Assembly (NCBI GenBank): GCA_035548315.1
Contig: DASZTF010000010.1
Coordinates: 1,721 to 65,720, forward strand
DNA length: 64,000 nt
Origin: Minisyncoccota bacterium
GTDB taxonomy: Bacteria; Patescibacteriota; Minisyncoccia; Phycocordibacterales; Phycocordibacteraceae
Reading direction: 5' to 3'
This document shows positions 54,489-63,546 of the stretch, piece by piece. The position numbers and the translations under genes were made by a program. Within the stretch, counting starts at the first letter, position 1. Every line of letters begins with the position of its first letter. Under the pieces are notes generated by a model, which saw only the letters and a program-made list of their open reading frames with translations, was not told the DNA's origin and did not search any database.

Positions 54489-56057
54489 CTATTCAAATCC
54501 AAACAGCCCGCGCGGGCGGTACTGGAGCGCTTCGGAGACGTGCACGGAGATAACGTCATCGGCGCCCGCGAGGTCGGCGATAGTGCGCGCGACCCGCATG
54601 ATGCGGTGGTAGGCGCGCGGGGAGAGGTCGAGCCGGTATGCGGCAGAGAGCAGCGTCTCTTTTGCTTCGGGTGTGAAGCGTGCTCGTTCGTCGAGCTCCT
54701 TGCCCGAGAGCCGGCCATTTACCGCGCCGACTTTCCCCATGCGCGCTTCTGCGCGGGCTCGCGCGGCCACGACGCGCTCGCGCACGCAGTAGGAAGCCTC
54801 GCCTTCCTTAAGACTCGCGAGCGTCTCGTGGGGGATGTGCGGCACTTCTATCCACAGGTCGAGCCGGTCCACAATCGGTCGTGAGATTTTCCGCGCCTGC
54901 TTCATCGCTTGGCGCACGGCTACGTCGCGGTCGACCGAGAGTGTGTCCGCGGGATTCATCGCCGCCACGATCATGCAGTCTGCGGGGAATGTGATGGTCG
55001 CACGTGCGCGCGATATGGTGACGTTCCTATCCTCGAGCGGTTGCCGCAGCGACTCGAGCACGCGCGATTCGAACTCTACGAACTCATCGAGGAACAGCAC
55101 GCCCTTGTGCGCGAGCGTTACTTCTCCGGCCTTGGGATACGTACCGCCGCCCACGATCGCCGTATGCGAGATCGTGTGGTGCGGCGCGCGGAACGGCGGC
55201 CAGAGTATCGCTTCCCCACCGCTCAGCGTGCCTGCGGTCGAGTGGATCGCGGTGGCCTCGAGTATTTCGTCGGGCGTGAGCGGCGGAAGTATTCCCGGGA
55301 GCGCACGAGCCAAGAGCGTCTTGCCCGTGCCCGGCGGGCCATACAGCACGAGATTATGTCGGCCGGCTGCGGCGATCTCGAGCGCACGCTTCGCGCTCTC
55401 CTGCCCTTTCACTTCTGCGAGGTCAATGGCGATGGGCGCAGTAGCACGGCGTTTCTCGGGCGTGTGCACGATAAGAATTTTCTCGCCATGTAAATGTGCG
55501 ACCACCTCACGGAGGTGTTTCGGTGCATACACCCGCATGCCTTCGGCGAGCGCGGCTTCGTCTGCATTCCCGGGCGGCACGTACACGGTATCGATGCCCG
55601 CGCGTTTCGCTGCGAGCACTTGCGGGAGTATGCCGCGGGTACTGCGCAGCGATCCATCGAGTGCGAGTTCACCGGCAAACAGCGCCGCGTCTTTCTGCTC
55701 TTCCAAATCTCCTGCCGCGATTAGGTAGCACAGTGCGAGCGGAAGATCGTAGTGTGACCCCTCTTTCTTCAGGTCTGCTGGAGAGAGCGAAAGGATGATG
55801 CGCTTGTTCTGCATCTTCGGCGACTTGAATCCTGAATGCCGTATCGCCGCGCTGATGCGGTCCCGCGCTTCCTCGACGGCCTTGTCCGCGAGTCCCACGA
55901 CCGAGAATGAATGCAGTCCGCGCGTGAGATCTGCTTCGATCGTCACGATTTCTGCAGCAGCGCCAATCGGTTGCGCAGCACGGAGCGCCGCGTAGCCGCG
56001 GGTGCTTGGATCCTGCTTCTTGGTAACCGGTGCGAGCGGTTCGGGCACTGCAGGCAA
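54489..56057 (-). CDS. comM: YifB/ComM-family Mg-chelatase-like AAA+ ATPase
   Basis: 522 aa; Lon-like N-domain, Walker [13 protein letters not shown], Walker [11 protein letters not shown]-terminal ChlI domain. Confidence 0.85.
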   Translation of the reverse strand: MPAVPEPLAPVTKKQDPSTRGYAALRAAQPIGAAAEIVTIEADLTRGLHSFSVVGLADKAVEEARDRISAAIRHSGFKSPKMQNKRIILSLSPADLKKEGSHYDLPLALCYLIAAGDLEEQKDAALFAGELALDGSLRSTRGILPQVLAAKRAGIDTVYVPPGNADEAALAEGMRVYAPKHLREVVAHLHGEKILIVHTPEKRRATAPIAIDLAEVKGQESAKRALEIAAAGRHNLVLYGPPGTGKTLLARALPGILPPLTPDEILEATAIHSTAGTLSGGEAILWPPFRAPHHTISHTAIVGGGTYPKAGEVTLAHKGVLFLDEFVEFESRVLESLRQPLEDRNVTISRARATITFPADCMIVAAMNPADTLSVDRDVAVRQAMKQARKISRPIVDRLDLWIEVPHIPHETLASLKEGEASYCVRERVVAARARAEARMGKVGAVNGRLSGKELDERARFTPEAKETLLSAAYRLDLSPRAYHRIMRVARTIADLAGADDVISVHVSEALQYRPRGLFGFE

Positions 56058-56117
56058 GTATATCGGTAAAACACAGCCACGCCCGCATGTGCGGGCGCGG
56101 CTGTGTTGATTACTTTG

Positions 56118-56804
56118 TTACTCCGCTTGGACAAGCGGCAGCGTTTCTTGTCCTCCTCCGAGTATGCGGTAGGCGTGCACTATCGCGAACGTAGTCACAG
56201 GGATCGTTACGAGAAGCCCCACGAGGATCGCGATCGCGCCCAGGATATTTAGAAGGACGAACGTAAGGAAGAGTCCGAGGATGCGAAGCCGGTGTCCCTT
56301 GGTGATGCGGATGCTTTCTTTAATCGCTGCTACCGAGCCGAGATTCTTCTCGATCACCACGTAGTACATGAATGCGAATGACGCGATCACGAAGAGTCCC
56401 GGGATGATGAGCAGTACAAGGCCGAGGACGACGGCGATAGTCCCGAGGATCATCACGCCGAGGTAGTGCCAGAAGCGGTCGAGACGGGGCTTGAGGTCCG
56501 CGAGAGTGACGTTGAGCGGTGCATCGTGCGCGTGCAGCGAGAAAGAGACCCCCGCCATGCTCACGAGCGCGCTGCCACCGATCATCACGACGACAGAGAC
56601 GATGCCCCCCACCACGCCGAACACATCCGGGTGCGCGCCGAGTACGTTCGCGACCCAGCGCACGATGATGTCAGCCAGAGTGACGAGGACGAACGCGCCG
56701 ATGAACAGGCCTGGTCGCGACCAGAATGTCTTCCACCCGAATCGCACGCACTCGCCGATGGTGAAAGTAGCGGGCATAGGGATTACGCCATGTGCGCTTT
56801 GCAC
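56118..56804 (-). CDS. hypothetical polytopic membrane protein
   Basis: 228 aa, about six TM helices. Confidence 0.4.
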   Translation of the reverse strand: MQSAHGVIPMPATFTIGECVRFGWKTFWSRPGLFIGAFVLVTLADIIVRWVANVLGAHPDVFGVVGGIVSVVVMIGGSALVSMAGVSFSLHAHDAPLNVTLADLKPRLDRFWHYLGVMILGTIAVVLGLVLLIIPGLFVIASFAFMYYVVIEKNLGSVAAIKESIRITKGHRLRILGLFLTFVLLNILGAIAILVGLLVTIPVTTFAIVHAYRILGGGQETLPLVQAE

Positions 56805-57130
56805 GTGCGCGCTGCGGGATCAGCATCGAGGCGGTCTTCTTCGATCGCTTCCCCACTCACTTCGCACGTGCCATAGGTGCCGTGCTCGATACGCGCGAGT
56901 GCGTCATTCACTTCCGCATAGCGCTTTTCGAGGTCGGTGAGGATGGCGTCGTTGGTGCCGAACTCTTGCTGGTTCGTCGCCTCATCATTTGGATCAGCTT
57001 CCATTTCATCGGGTGCTGCCGCCTCCCAGTCGCTTCCCTTTCCTGGATTCTTGCGGCCCACGCTCGCAAGCTCGCTTTCCAACTTCACTTTCTCCGCCGT
57101 AAGGCGCTTTTTATATTCGGTGGTTTCCAT
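56783..57130 (-). CDS. DksA/TraR-family C4 zinc-finger protein
   Basis: 115 aa; coiled-coil N-terminus and CEVSG...CKAHMA zinc finger. Confidence 0.65.
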   Translation of the reverse strand: METTEYKKRLTAEKVKLESELASVGRKNPGKGSDWEAAAPDEMEADPNDEATNQQEFGTNDAILTDLEKRYAEVNDALARIEHGTYGTCEVSGEAIEEDRLDADPAARTCKAHMA

Positions 57131-57147
57131 GCCCCGTATGGTAGCAC

Positions 57148-58809
57148 CTACTGTGATGCCGACAACCGAGCGAGGAGCGTGGTGAATGCGGTTTCATCGC
57201 GCGCGATGATGAGCGTGTTCTGATCGCGGAATCCATACAAGAGGACGGTCCGATTCTGGCTGTCTTTGAGTGCACGTACATCGTGGTTCGCGACGGTCTC
57301 GTCCACAAAGCGCGGTGGGAGTGGCACCGCGGGGGTCGTCGATGCGTTCGGGTCTTGGGTGATAGCGTAGCTCGGGTAGAGCTGCGCGAGGTCTTGGCCG
57401 ATCGTCGGCTCCCACGAGAGCATGCCCGCGAATGTTCGTTCGTACGAGGTCGCAGCAAGTATGAAGAATACCCGCGTCTCGTCGCCTGCGTGGATTACGC
57501 CCACGCTGCTTGCGTCGCTTATATTGCGCAGCAGGATGCTCGGCGCGGGGAGCTGCAGCGCGTTGACCAGTGCTCCCCCGCCCTCCGTGCTCGTCCCGAC
57601 CGTAAGGTACACGAGCGCTACGTCACCCTGCGGAACGCCGTTTGCGGCGACGCCGGAGAGTGCGCTCATGAGCTGGCTTCCGTTCCCGGAGATCGTGGTG
57701 CTGGTGTCGCCCGTGATGGTGCCGGTGGGCGCGGTAGCGATGACTTCGACCGGGCTGCGAGCCACAAAGTAGTTGTAGGTGAAGTAGAGCACGAGCGAAC
57801 CACCGACCAGAAGCACGGTCGCGGCCAGCGCATAGGCAAGTCCGTGATTGCTGCGCGTCTGGACGGTGGTCGTCTGGGTAACTGCTCGCGGTGCGTCTGC
57901 TTGCGCTGCAAGAATGGAGAATGCAGACTCGCGCCCGTTACGAGTTTCGCTACGCACGTCGCCGCTAAAGGTGCGCAGACGTTCCGGCGTTACTACACCA
58001 GTGACACTTTGTTGGCCGTAAGATGTTGCAGAAGGCCGCAGGTACTGGGTATCTGGGAGAGGGGTCGGAAATGTCTCCGGTGTTGTGACACTTTTTTCCG
58101 GATACGAGGAAACGCGGGCACGCAAGCGCGCGAGTACCGCCTCGCGTTCAGCAGCTTCTTCTGCAGCTGCCGTCGAGGGAATCTGCGAGCCAATCGGTGG
58201 CTCGATGCCGGTGACCTGCGCGGGCACGGGTGGCGGCACATAGCTCGGGGTATAGCTTGGCGTGGCTGCGATAATCGGCGGTGCCGGCGTCGCGGGGCGC
58301 GAGCTAAAGAGCGCGTAAAAGAGCCGAGAGAAAAATGACGGCGGCCGCTCCTCGACGAATCGCTCGGTAATCGGTGCGGGCGCTGTGCGCGGGACTGGCG
58401 GCGGCACGGCTTCCGGACGCTGCACGTACATGGCCCCTTCTTTATGAAGCGGTGGGAGGCCAGCGGGGGTCGGTGGTTCGGGTGCGCGCGCAGATTCCGT
58501 CGGCATGCTGATGTTCGATACGGCTTCCTGGAGTGTCGCGTGCGGTCGTGGTGCTGACGGCATCGGTGCAGGTCGCGGCGTGGGCGGTGGCGTGGACGCT
58601 GCAGCGGACGGTGATGTCGGCGCCGTCTGCGTCCTCGGCATCGGTGCCGCACCGCTTTGGAGTGCTTCTAGGTCCGAAGCGAACGTGCGGATCACGCGCT
58701 TTGGGTTTGCGGGGAGTTGGTCGCTTGCAAGTCGCGCGACCGGCATACCGCCCGACCAAACGGGCTGCGCCGGTTGCTGTGTCGTCTCGTTTATGGGAGC
58801 GTCTGCCAT
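57148..58809 (-). CDS. hypothetical protein, Pro-rich N-terminus, one TM, C-terminal globular domain
   Basis: 553 aa; PAPMPSAP repeats, one TM helix near aa 330. Confidence 0.4.
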   Translation of the reverse strand: MADAPINETTQQPAQPVWSGGMPVARLASDQLPANPKRVIRTFASDLEALQSGAAPMPRTQTAPTSPSAAASTPPPTPRPAPMPSAPRPHATLQEAVSNISMPTESARAPEPPTPAGLPPLHKEGAMYVQRPEAVPPPVPRTAPAPITERFVEERPPSFFSRLFYALFSSRPATPAPPIIAATPSYTPSYVPPPVPAQVTGIEPPIGSQIPSTAAAEEAAEREAVLARLRARVSSYPEKSVTTPETFPTPLPDTQYLRPSATSYGQQSVTGVVTPERLRTFSGDVRSETRNGRESAFSILAAQADAPRAVTQTTTVQTRSNHGLAYALAATVLLVGGSLVLYFTYNYFVARSPVEVIATAPTGTITGDTSTTISGNGSQLMSALSGVAANGVPQGDVALVYLTVGTSTEGGGALVNALQLPAPSILLRNISDASSVGVIHAGDETRVFFILAATSYERTFAGMLSWEPTIGQDLAQLYPSYAITQDPNASTTPAVPLPPRFVDETVANHDVRALKDSQNRTVLLYGFRDQNTLIIARDETAFTTLLARLSASQ

Positions 58810-58866
58810 TGCTCACTTTATTCTAACCCACTGTTCGTGATGCTTGGTACGAAATCACCGCCGCAG

Positions 58867-59220
58867 TCATACAGACTCCGGCAGTGCATTTTCGAGTTCG
58901 GGTGTGGTGGGATCAAGGATGGCGCGACAATAGTCGAGGATTTTTTTCGGACACGTGTGCGGTCCGTAGCGGAATGCTGCGAAGGTTTCGTAGCTGTTTC
59001 CAAATCCTGCAGCGACAAACACTGCGACATCATCCATGTCCCGCTCTTCTTTCATGCGATTGAAGATCCCGAGAACCATTGTTCCGGTGAATTGCTCTTC
59101 CTGCGTAAGTGGTGGCTTGGGCCACGGAAACTGCGAACGGAAGATTTCCACTCGTTGGTATCGGAGCATGGCTTTTGAGCTGAGAAGAGCAGCTCGGTGC
59201 GTGTCAGCAACTGCTTCCAT
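58867..59220 (-). CDS. hypothetical protein
   Basis: ORF from MEAVADTHRAALL; start chosen to avoid overlap with the neighbouring small ORF. Confidence 0.3.
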   Translation of the reverse strand: MEAVADTHRAALLSSKAMLRYQRVEIFRSQFPWPKPPLTQEEQFTGTMVLGIFNRMKEERDMDDVAVFVAAGFGNSYETFAAFRYGPHTCPKKILDYCRAILDPTTPELENALPESV

Positions 59221-59270
59221 AGCGCACCTCCTTTCTGCAGTAGTAAACCACCGATATCTGCGGTGGGTTA

Positions 59271-59453
59271 CTAGCGCCGGCGTTTCCGCCCGCTCCCCGA
59301 CTTCTTCCCACCACCGCTTTCTTTGTTCACGGTCGCCCACGCGCGGCGCTCGGCTTCTTTCTTGCTGGTGCCGCGCTTTTCATATCCTTCTTCAATATGT
59401 TCTGCCTCACGCTTCTGCTTGTCGGTATATTTTGATTTGCTTCCTCGTGCCAT
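59271..59453 (-). CDS. small Lys/Glu-rich hypothetical protein
   Basis: 60 aa, MARGSKSKYTDKQKREAEHIEEGYEKRGTSKKEAERRAWATVNKESGGGKK; composition typical of small stress-type proteins. Confidence 0.35.
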   Translation of the reverse strand: MARGSKSKYTDKQKREAEHIEEGYEKRGTSKKEAERRAWATVNKESGGGKKSGSGRKRRR

Positions 59454-59539
59454 ACGTGAAAGTTAGTAGGTAATGAAACTCACGTAAGTATCGTTTCTAC
59501 GGGGTGAAAAATAAGTGAGCGTTCTGGTATCATGCGCGC

Positions 59540-60334
59540 ATGCGTATCGCTTCCTGGAATGTGAACGGCATCCGCGCCGTGCACCGCAAGGGTCTCTTTG
59601 TGCCGTTCGTACATAAAGTAAAGCCAGACATTATCTGTCTCCAGGAGACCAAGGCAAAAGAAGATCAGTCAGAAGTCGACCTCCCCGACTACCACGAGTA
59701 CTGGAATTCTGCAGAGAAAGCTGGCTACAGCGGCACCGCGATTTTCTCTAAAGAAGAGGCGCTCGATGTGCGTCTCGGGCTCCCCGATGACCTCGCGGAG
59801 AAGTACGGCCTCCATACCGATTCGTATGGCGACCCCAACTCCGAGGGCCGCGTGATCACTGCGGAATATGAAGATTTCTTCGTCGTGAGTGCGTACACGC
59901 CAAACGCCAAGCCCGACCTATCTCGCCTCTCGCTCCGCCACACGCAGTGGGATCCAGCGTTCCTTGAATATATGAAGCGCTTGGAAGAAGATAAGCCGGT
60001 GGTGTTCTGTGGCGATCTCAACGTCGCGCATATGGAAGACGACCTCGCGAACCCTAAATCCAATAAAGGCGAACACGGGTTCACCGATGAAGAGCGCGAG
60101 GGCATCGACCTCATACTCGGTGCCGGATTCGTGGACACCTTCCGCCTCTTTCACCAGGGCAAGGGTTTCTATACCTGGTGGAGCCACTTCGGCCATGCGC
60201 GCGAGCGCAACGTGGGCTGGCGCATCGACTACATATTCGTGAGCAAGGCGCTCAAGAATAAAGTAAAGAAAGCAGCAATCTACCCCGACCTCCTCGGCTC
60301 CGACCACTGCCCTGTCTCTGCGGATATTGCCTAA
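59540..60334 (+). CDS. xth: exodeoxyribonuclease III (AP endonuclease)
   Basis: 264 aa; MRIASWNVNGIRA start and conserved SDHCPV C-terminus. Confidence 0.9.
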   Translation: MRIASWNVNGIRAVHRKGLFVPFVHKVKPDIICLQETKAKEDQSEVDLPDYHEYWNSAEKAGYSGTAIFSKEEALDVRLGLPDDLAEKYGLHTDSYGDPNSEGRVITAEYEDFFVVSAYTPNAKPDLSRLSLRHTQWDPAFLEYMKRLEEDKPVVFCGDLNVAHMEDDLANPKSNKGEHGFTDEEREGIDLILGAGFVDTFRLFHQGKGFYTWWSHFGHARERNVGWRIDYIFVSKALKNKVKKAAIYPDLLGSDHCPVSADIA

Positions 60335-61146
60335 GACTTAACCCGCGCTAAGCGCGCGTCGAATATTGTATCCTCGGCTAGCGCCAATGTTTCAACGGTG
60401 CTGAATCCAGCAGATCGTAGTGAAGATTCAAGCTCCGGGAATGTGAGATCGTAGGATACATTCGGTGTCGCCAAAATAGTTCCATCTTCTTGCTCGCGCA
60501 CCATCGATGCGTTGCGTATTTTCTGTTCGGGGAGTCGCTCGGTCCAGAAGATAAGTTTTTGCTTCCCTTCGCCTGGTGCCGTTATTTCCGCTACTTGGTC
60601 TCGATGGGAATGTTCCTCATCTTTAAATTTGTCGATGTACAGGAGACCACCAGGCCTGAGTAGTTTTTTAAATATATCGGCCGTTTCAGCATAGGTAGCA
60701 AGTGCTGTAGCTGGATCAATGGAAATGTCGCTATTCCAGCCCCCAAGTGCGTATACGAACGAGTTGCCGCGGCACAAAATTAAATCGTATGAGTTCGATT
60801 CGTATGCCGAAAGCAAATCTTTCCAGAGAACTTGTTTTGCCACAGAAGAAAGACCCCGCTCAGTCGCGCGCCTGTTGTACAGAGCCACTTCGTCCGCGAA
60901 TCCATCAGAGCTCTCTACGTTGTAACCCCGCTTTATAAGTTCAAGAGACGGGAATCCGCCGCCTGCGGCGACGTCGAGTATCTTTGAATCTTTGGTAATA
61001 CCGTTTGCGGCGAATACGGTTTCAAGCTCGTCACAATATGCGCGCTCATTATAGAGAAATTTATATACACACATCTCCCACAACTCAGCGAATGTGGGTT
61101 TGTGATCGAAGCGCTCAATATTTTTATGATTTGGTATTGATTCCAT
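60331..61146 (-). CDS. class I SAM-dependent methyltransferase
   Basis: 271 aa; SAM motif I ILDVAAGGGFPSLEL. Confidence 0.8.
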   Translation of the reverse strand: MESIPNHKNIERFDHKPTFAELWEMCVYKFLYNERAYCDELETVFAANGITKDSKILDVAAGGGFPSLELIKRGYNVESSDGFADEVALYNRRATERGLSSVAKQVLWKDLLSAYESNSYDLILCRGNSFVYALGGWNSDISIDPATALATYAETADIFKKLLRPGGLLYIDKFKDEEHSHRDQVAEITAPGEGKQKLIFWTERLPEQKIRNASMVREQEDGTILATPNVSYDLTFPELESSLRSAGFSTVETLALAEDTIFDARLARVKS

Positions 61147-61154
61147 AAGGATTT

Positions 61155-61228
61155 ACTCGATGAGGCCTCGAATTGCTTCAAGCTCTCAATAGAGGGGAGA
61201 AGTCTCACCTTCCCCCAGATTCAGCCGC
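61155..61228 (-). repeat. hairpin-containing intergenic element, copy A (ctcgatgagg ... ctcaat-agaggggagaag-tctcac-cttccccc-ag)
   Basis: shares the ctcgatgagg box and a GGGGAGAAG/CTTCTCCC hairpin with copy B. Confidence 0.5.
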
Positions 61229-61559
61229 CTTTCTCTGTGTGACGAACATGTTTACCACGAACAGCAGGTTCCTCTTGCTGTCTGCCCCGGTTGCGCCCGC
61301 TTCGATGGCGTGCCGATTTTTCGCGGCATCATCCGACAAGAAGTAAACCGGAGGGAGCATTTTGCTTTGCGCCCGCCACTCCTGCAACACTTTCGGCGAG
61401 GCTAGTGCACCGTCGAGGATGACGAAGTCAAAGCAGTCCTTCCCAAGCGCCTTAGCAGCCTCCTCGGTTGTGGGCACATATATCGCTTGGTCGCAGTCCC
61501 GAAGAAACATGTTGAACGCGCATTTACTGCAGTTAGAATCGAGGACTAGTAGTTTCATG
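61205..61559 (-). CDS. single-domain receiver (CheY-like) protein
   Basis: 118 aa from MKLLVLD; conserved acidic positions (LVLDSN, FVILDG); upstream in-frame codons belong to the conserved leader. Confidence 0.45.
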
Positions 61560-61596
61560 ATGGCCTCCCAGGCGTTGGTTTGAAAGATCAATTTCT

Positions 61597-61675
61597 CGAT
61601 GAGGATTCCATTCGTAAGAATCGTCTCCTCAATGAAGGGGAGAAGTTTTAGCTTCTCCCAGTTTGATAGTTTCTT
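61597..61675 (-). repeat. hairpin-containing intergenic element, copy B (ctcgatgagg ... ctcaat-gaaggggagaag-ttttag-cttctccc-ag)
   Basis: perfect 8-bp stem GGGAGAAG/CTTCTCCC; same flanking boxes as copy A. Confidence 0.5.
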
Positions 61676-61700
61676 TCGGCGGGATATCAGCCCGCTCCAC

Positions 61701-62270
61701 TCACTTCTTGGTTTTCACGCCTTCCATCAGTTCGTCCAATGCCCGGCGCCAGTTCTTCACCCGAAGCAGACCATGGAAGTCGAGCCATTTCTCCGCTGGA
61801 GGATATTTTTTCTTACCCTCTTCGCTCTCGAGAAACTCATAGCTCACTTCCGTGCCAGCGAGGGGATCGATCCACGTCTGAAACTGGTCTTGGCCGAACA
61901 GGACGAGAGCGTCGCCAACCGCGAATACCCCACCCCAGGTTAAATAGTCTGTCGCTGCAGACGCTGGATGGTTGTGGTGATTGGTCTGCGTCAGAACTGC
62001 CACCCGCTTCACGCCCTTTTTGAGAGCGAAGAATGCAGTGATGGTTCCGAGAGGCATTTCCTGCCCCACAAACTTGTACGCATCTGGTGCGAGGGTTTCC
62101 TTTGAAGCTGGAAGCATCAGGTCGCCCAGGTAAGCGTCGATGTTCCCCTTGTTCAGGAGTCTGCACACCTCCTCGCCGTAGGTCTCGACGATTGTAACGT
62201 CGTGCCCCTTAAGCAGAATCGCGGCAGCCTTACGGTTTGCCTCGGAGTCGTCAAGAACGAGAATCTTCAT
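61701..62270 (-). CDS. response-regulator receiver domain protein with ~90-aa C-terminal domain of unknown function
   Basis: 189 aa; MKILVLDDSEANRK...YLGDLMLP receiver motifs. Confidence 0.55.
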   Translation of the reverse strand: MKILVLDDSEANRKAAAILLKGHDVTIVETYGEEVCRLLNKGNIDAYLGDLMLPASKETLAPDAYKFVGQEMPLGTITAFFALKKGVKRVAVLTQTNHHNHPASAATDYLTWGGVFAVGDALVLFGQDQFQTWIDPLAGTEVSYEFLESEEGKKKYPPAEKWLDFHGLLRVKNWRRALDELMEGVKTKK

Positions 62271-62339
62271 GGTAGTGCCCTCCTTGGGCGGTGGCGGCGA
62301 AGCGCCGGTTTCAGTGGACTTGATTTCTGCTATAAGTAT

Positions 62340-62410
62340 AGCTTAATCATACATAATGTCAAGTATTAATGATGATGAAATATTGACAAGAAACGTATGA
62401 AAATATAGAG
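62340..62410. promoter_or_regulatory. divergent sigma70-type promoters (minus: TTGACA-N16-TATACT plus GGAGG SD; plus: TTGACA-N16-TATAGA)
   Basis: AT-rich 150-bp divergent region; consensus -35 hexamers on both strands. Confidence 0.4.
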
Positions 62411-62422
62411 TATTTTGCATAG

Positions 62423-63193
62423 ATGTCAGGAAAGATTGATGAAATTTCAGAAAAGGATTTGCTCGATAAGCTTAAAGATATAGGCCTTTCCGATAAGGAT
62501 TCTCTGGTCTATTTAGCCCTTCTCCCCCGCCACGACGTCGGCTCCTCGAAGATAATCAATGCCACCGGCCTCCATGGGCAGTTTGTATACGATTCTCTAG
62601 AACGCTTGGAAAAAATGGGCCTTGCTAAGCACGTTATCCAGAACGGCCGTAAGAAATTCAGTGCCAACCCGCCCATGCGTCTAGTGTCGATCGTCGAGGA
62701 GAAGCGCCTGGCAGCCCAGTCTATTGCTAAACAGCTGCAGGAGCGGTACAGCGGTCAGCACGAGCAAGACTTCGAGGTGTTCCAGGGCGAAAGTGCCTTT
62801 ATGGCCCACCAGTACGACATGCTCGAGAATGTCGCCGAAGGTAGTGAAGTAGTTGCTATATGCGGTCCTACGGAAAAGTACCTGTTCACTTTTGGCGCCG
62901 AAGCAGATGCCTTCGAAGAACGTCGTATAGAAAAGCGCATGAGCGTGCGCTACATCGGCATGGAGCCTATGCGCGAGCGCCTCGCAGAGATGCGCAAGTG
63001 GCGCAAGCTCTGGGAATATCGGATCCTTCCTGGCGGTATGTCCACCGGGCTCGTGGATACGGATATCTGGCCCGATAACATCACGCTGAATATGTTCGGC
63101 GACCCCATTCTCTCTTTTACAATCACCAATAAAGCGATGGCAGAGGGGTACCGCGAGTTCTTCGAAGCGCTCTGGAAACTTTCCAAGCCATAA
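62423..63193 (+). CDS. TrmB-family transcriptional regulator
   Basis: 256 aa; N-terminal winged helix (LSDKDSLVYLALL...INATGLHGQFVYDSLERLEKMGL) and TrmB-like C-terminal domain. Confidence 0.55.
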   Translation: MSGKIDEISEKDLLDKLKDIGLSDKDSLVYLALLPRHDVGSSKIINATGLHGQFVYDSLERLEKMGLAKHVIQNGRKKFSANPPMRLVSIVEEKRLAAQSIAKQLQERYSGQHEQDFEVFQGESAFMAHQYDMLENVAEGSEVVAICGPTEKYLFTFGAEADAFEERRIEKRMSVRYIGMEPMRERLAEMRKWRKLWEYRILPGGMSTGLVDTDIWPDNITLNMFGDPILSFTITNKAMAEGYREFFEALWKLSKP

Positions 63194-63225
63194 AGGACAC
63201 TTATGCACAGGGCGTGTCCTTTACA
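63194..63225 (+). terminator. hairpin AGGACAC-loop-GTGTCCT followed by TTTAC
   Basis: 7-bp stem with 12-nt loop directly after the TrmB-like gene; weak T-tract. Confidence 0.35.
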
Positions 63226-63546
63226 GTGTCTGATAGAGGAATACAATGTCTTTTAGGTGGGCGCGCGGAGTACCTTGCTAGATCTATCGTGCGAGCGCCA
63301 ATGCGTAACGGCAAAACAAAGACCACGGGGCTGACCCGTATGAAATCAACGTTTTCGCTCACTACCGCAGAAACGCTAGTTTTCTGGATTGTTCTTTGTT
63401 TCTATAAAGAACCGCCCAAACAGACACGCTTCTACGCGACGACTGCCAAACAACTGCCCCTTCCCCAATCAATTGAAGTCGCCGCCGTGTCTCGGGCGGT
63501 TCTCTTATTTCTATAGAGTGTTGCACGTGAAAACTAGCCCTCAGGA

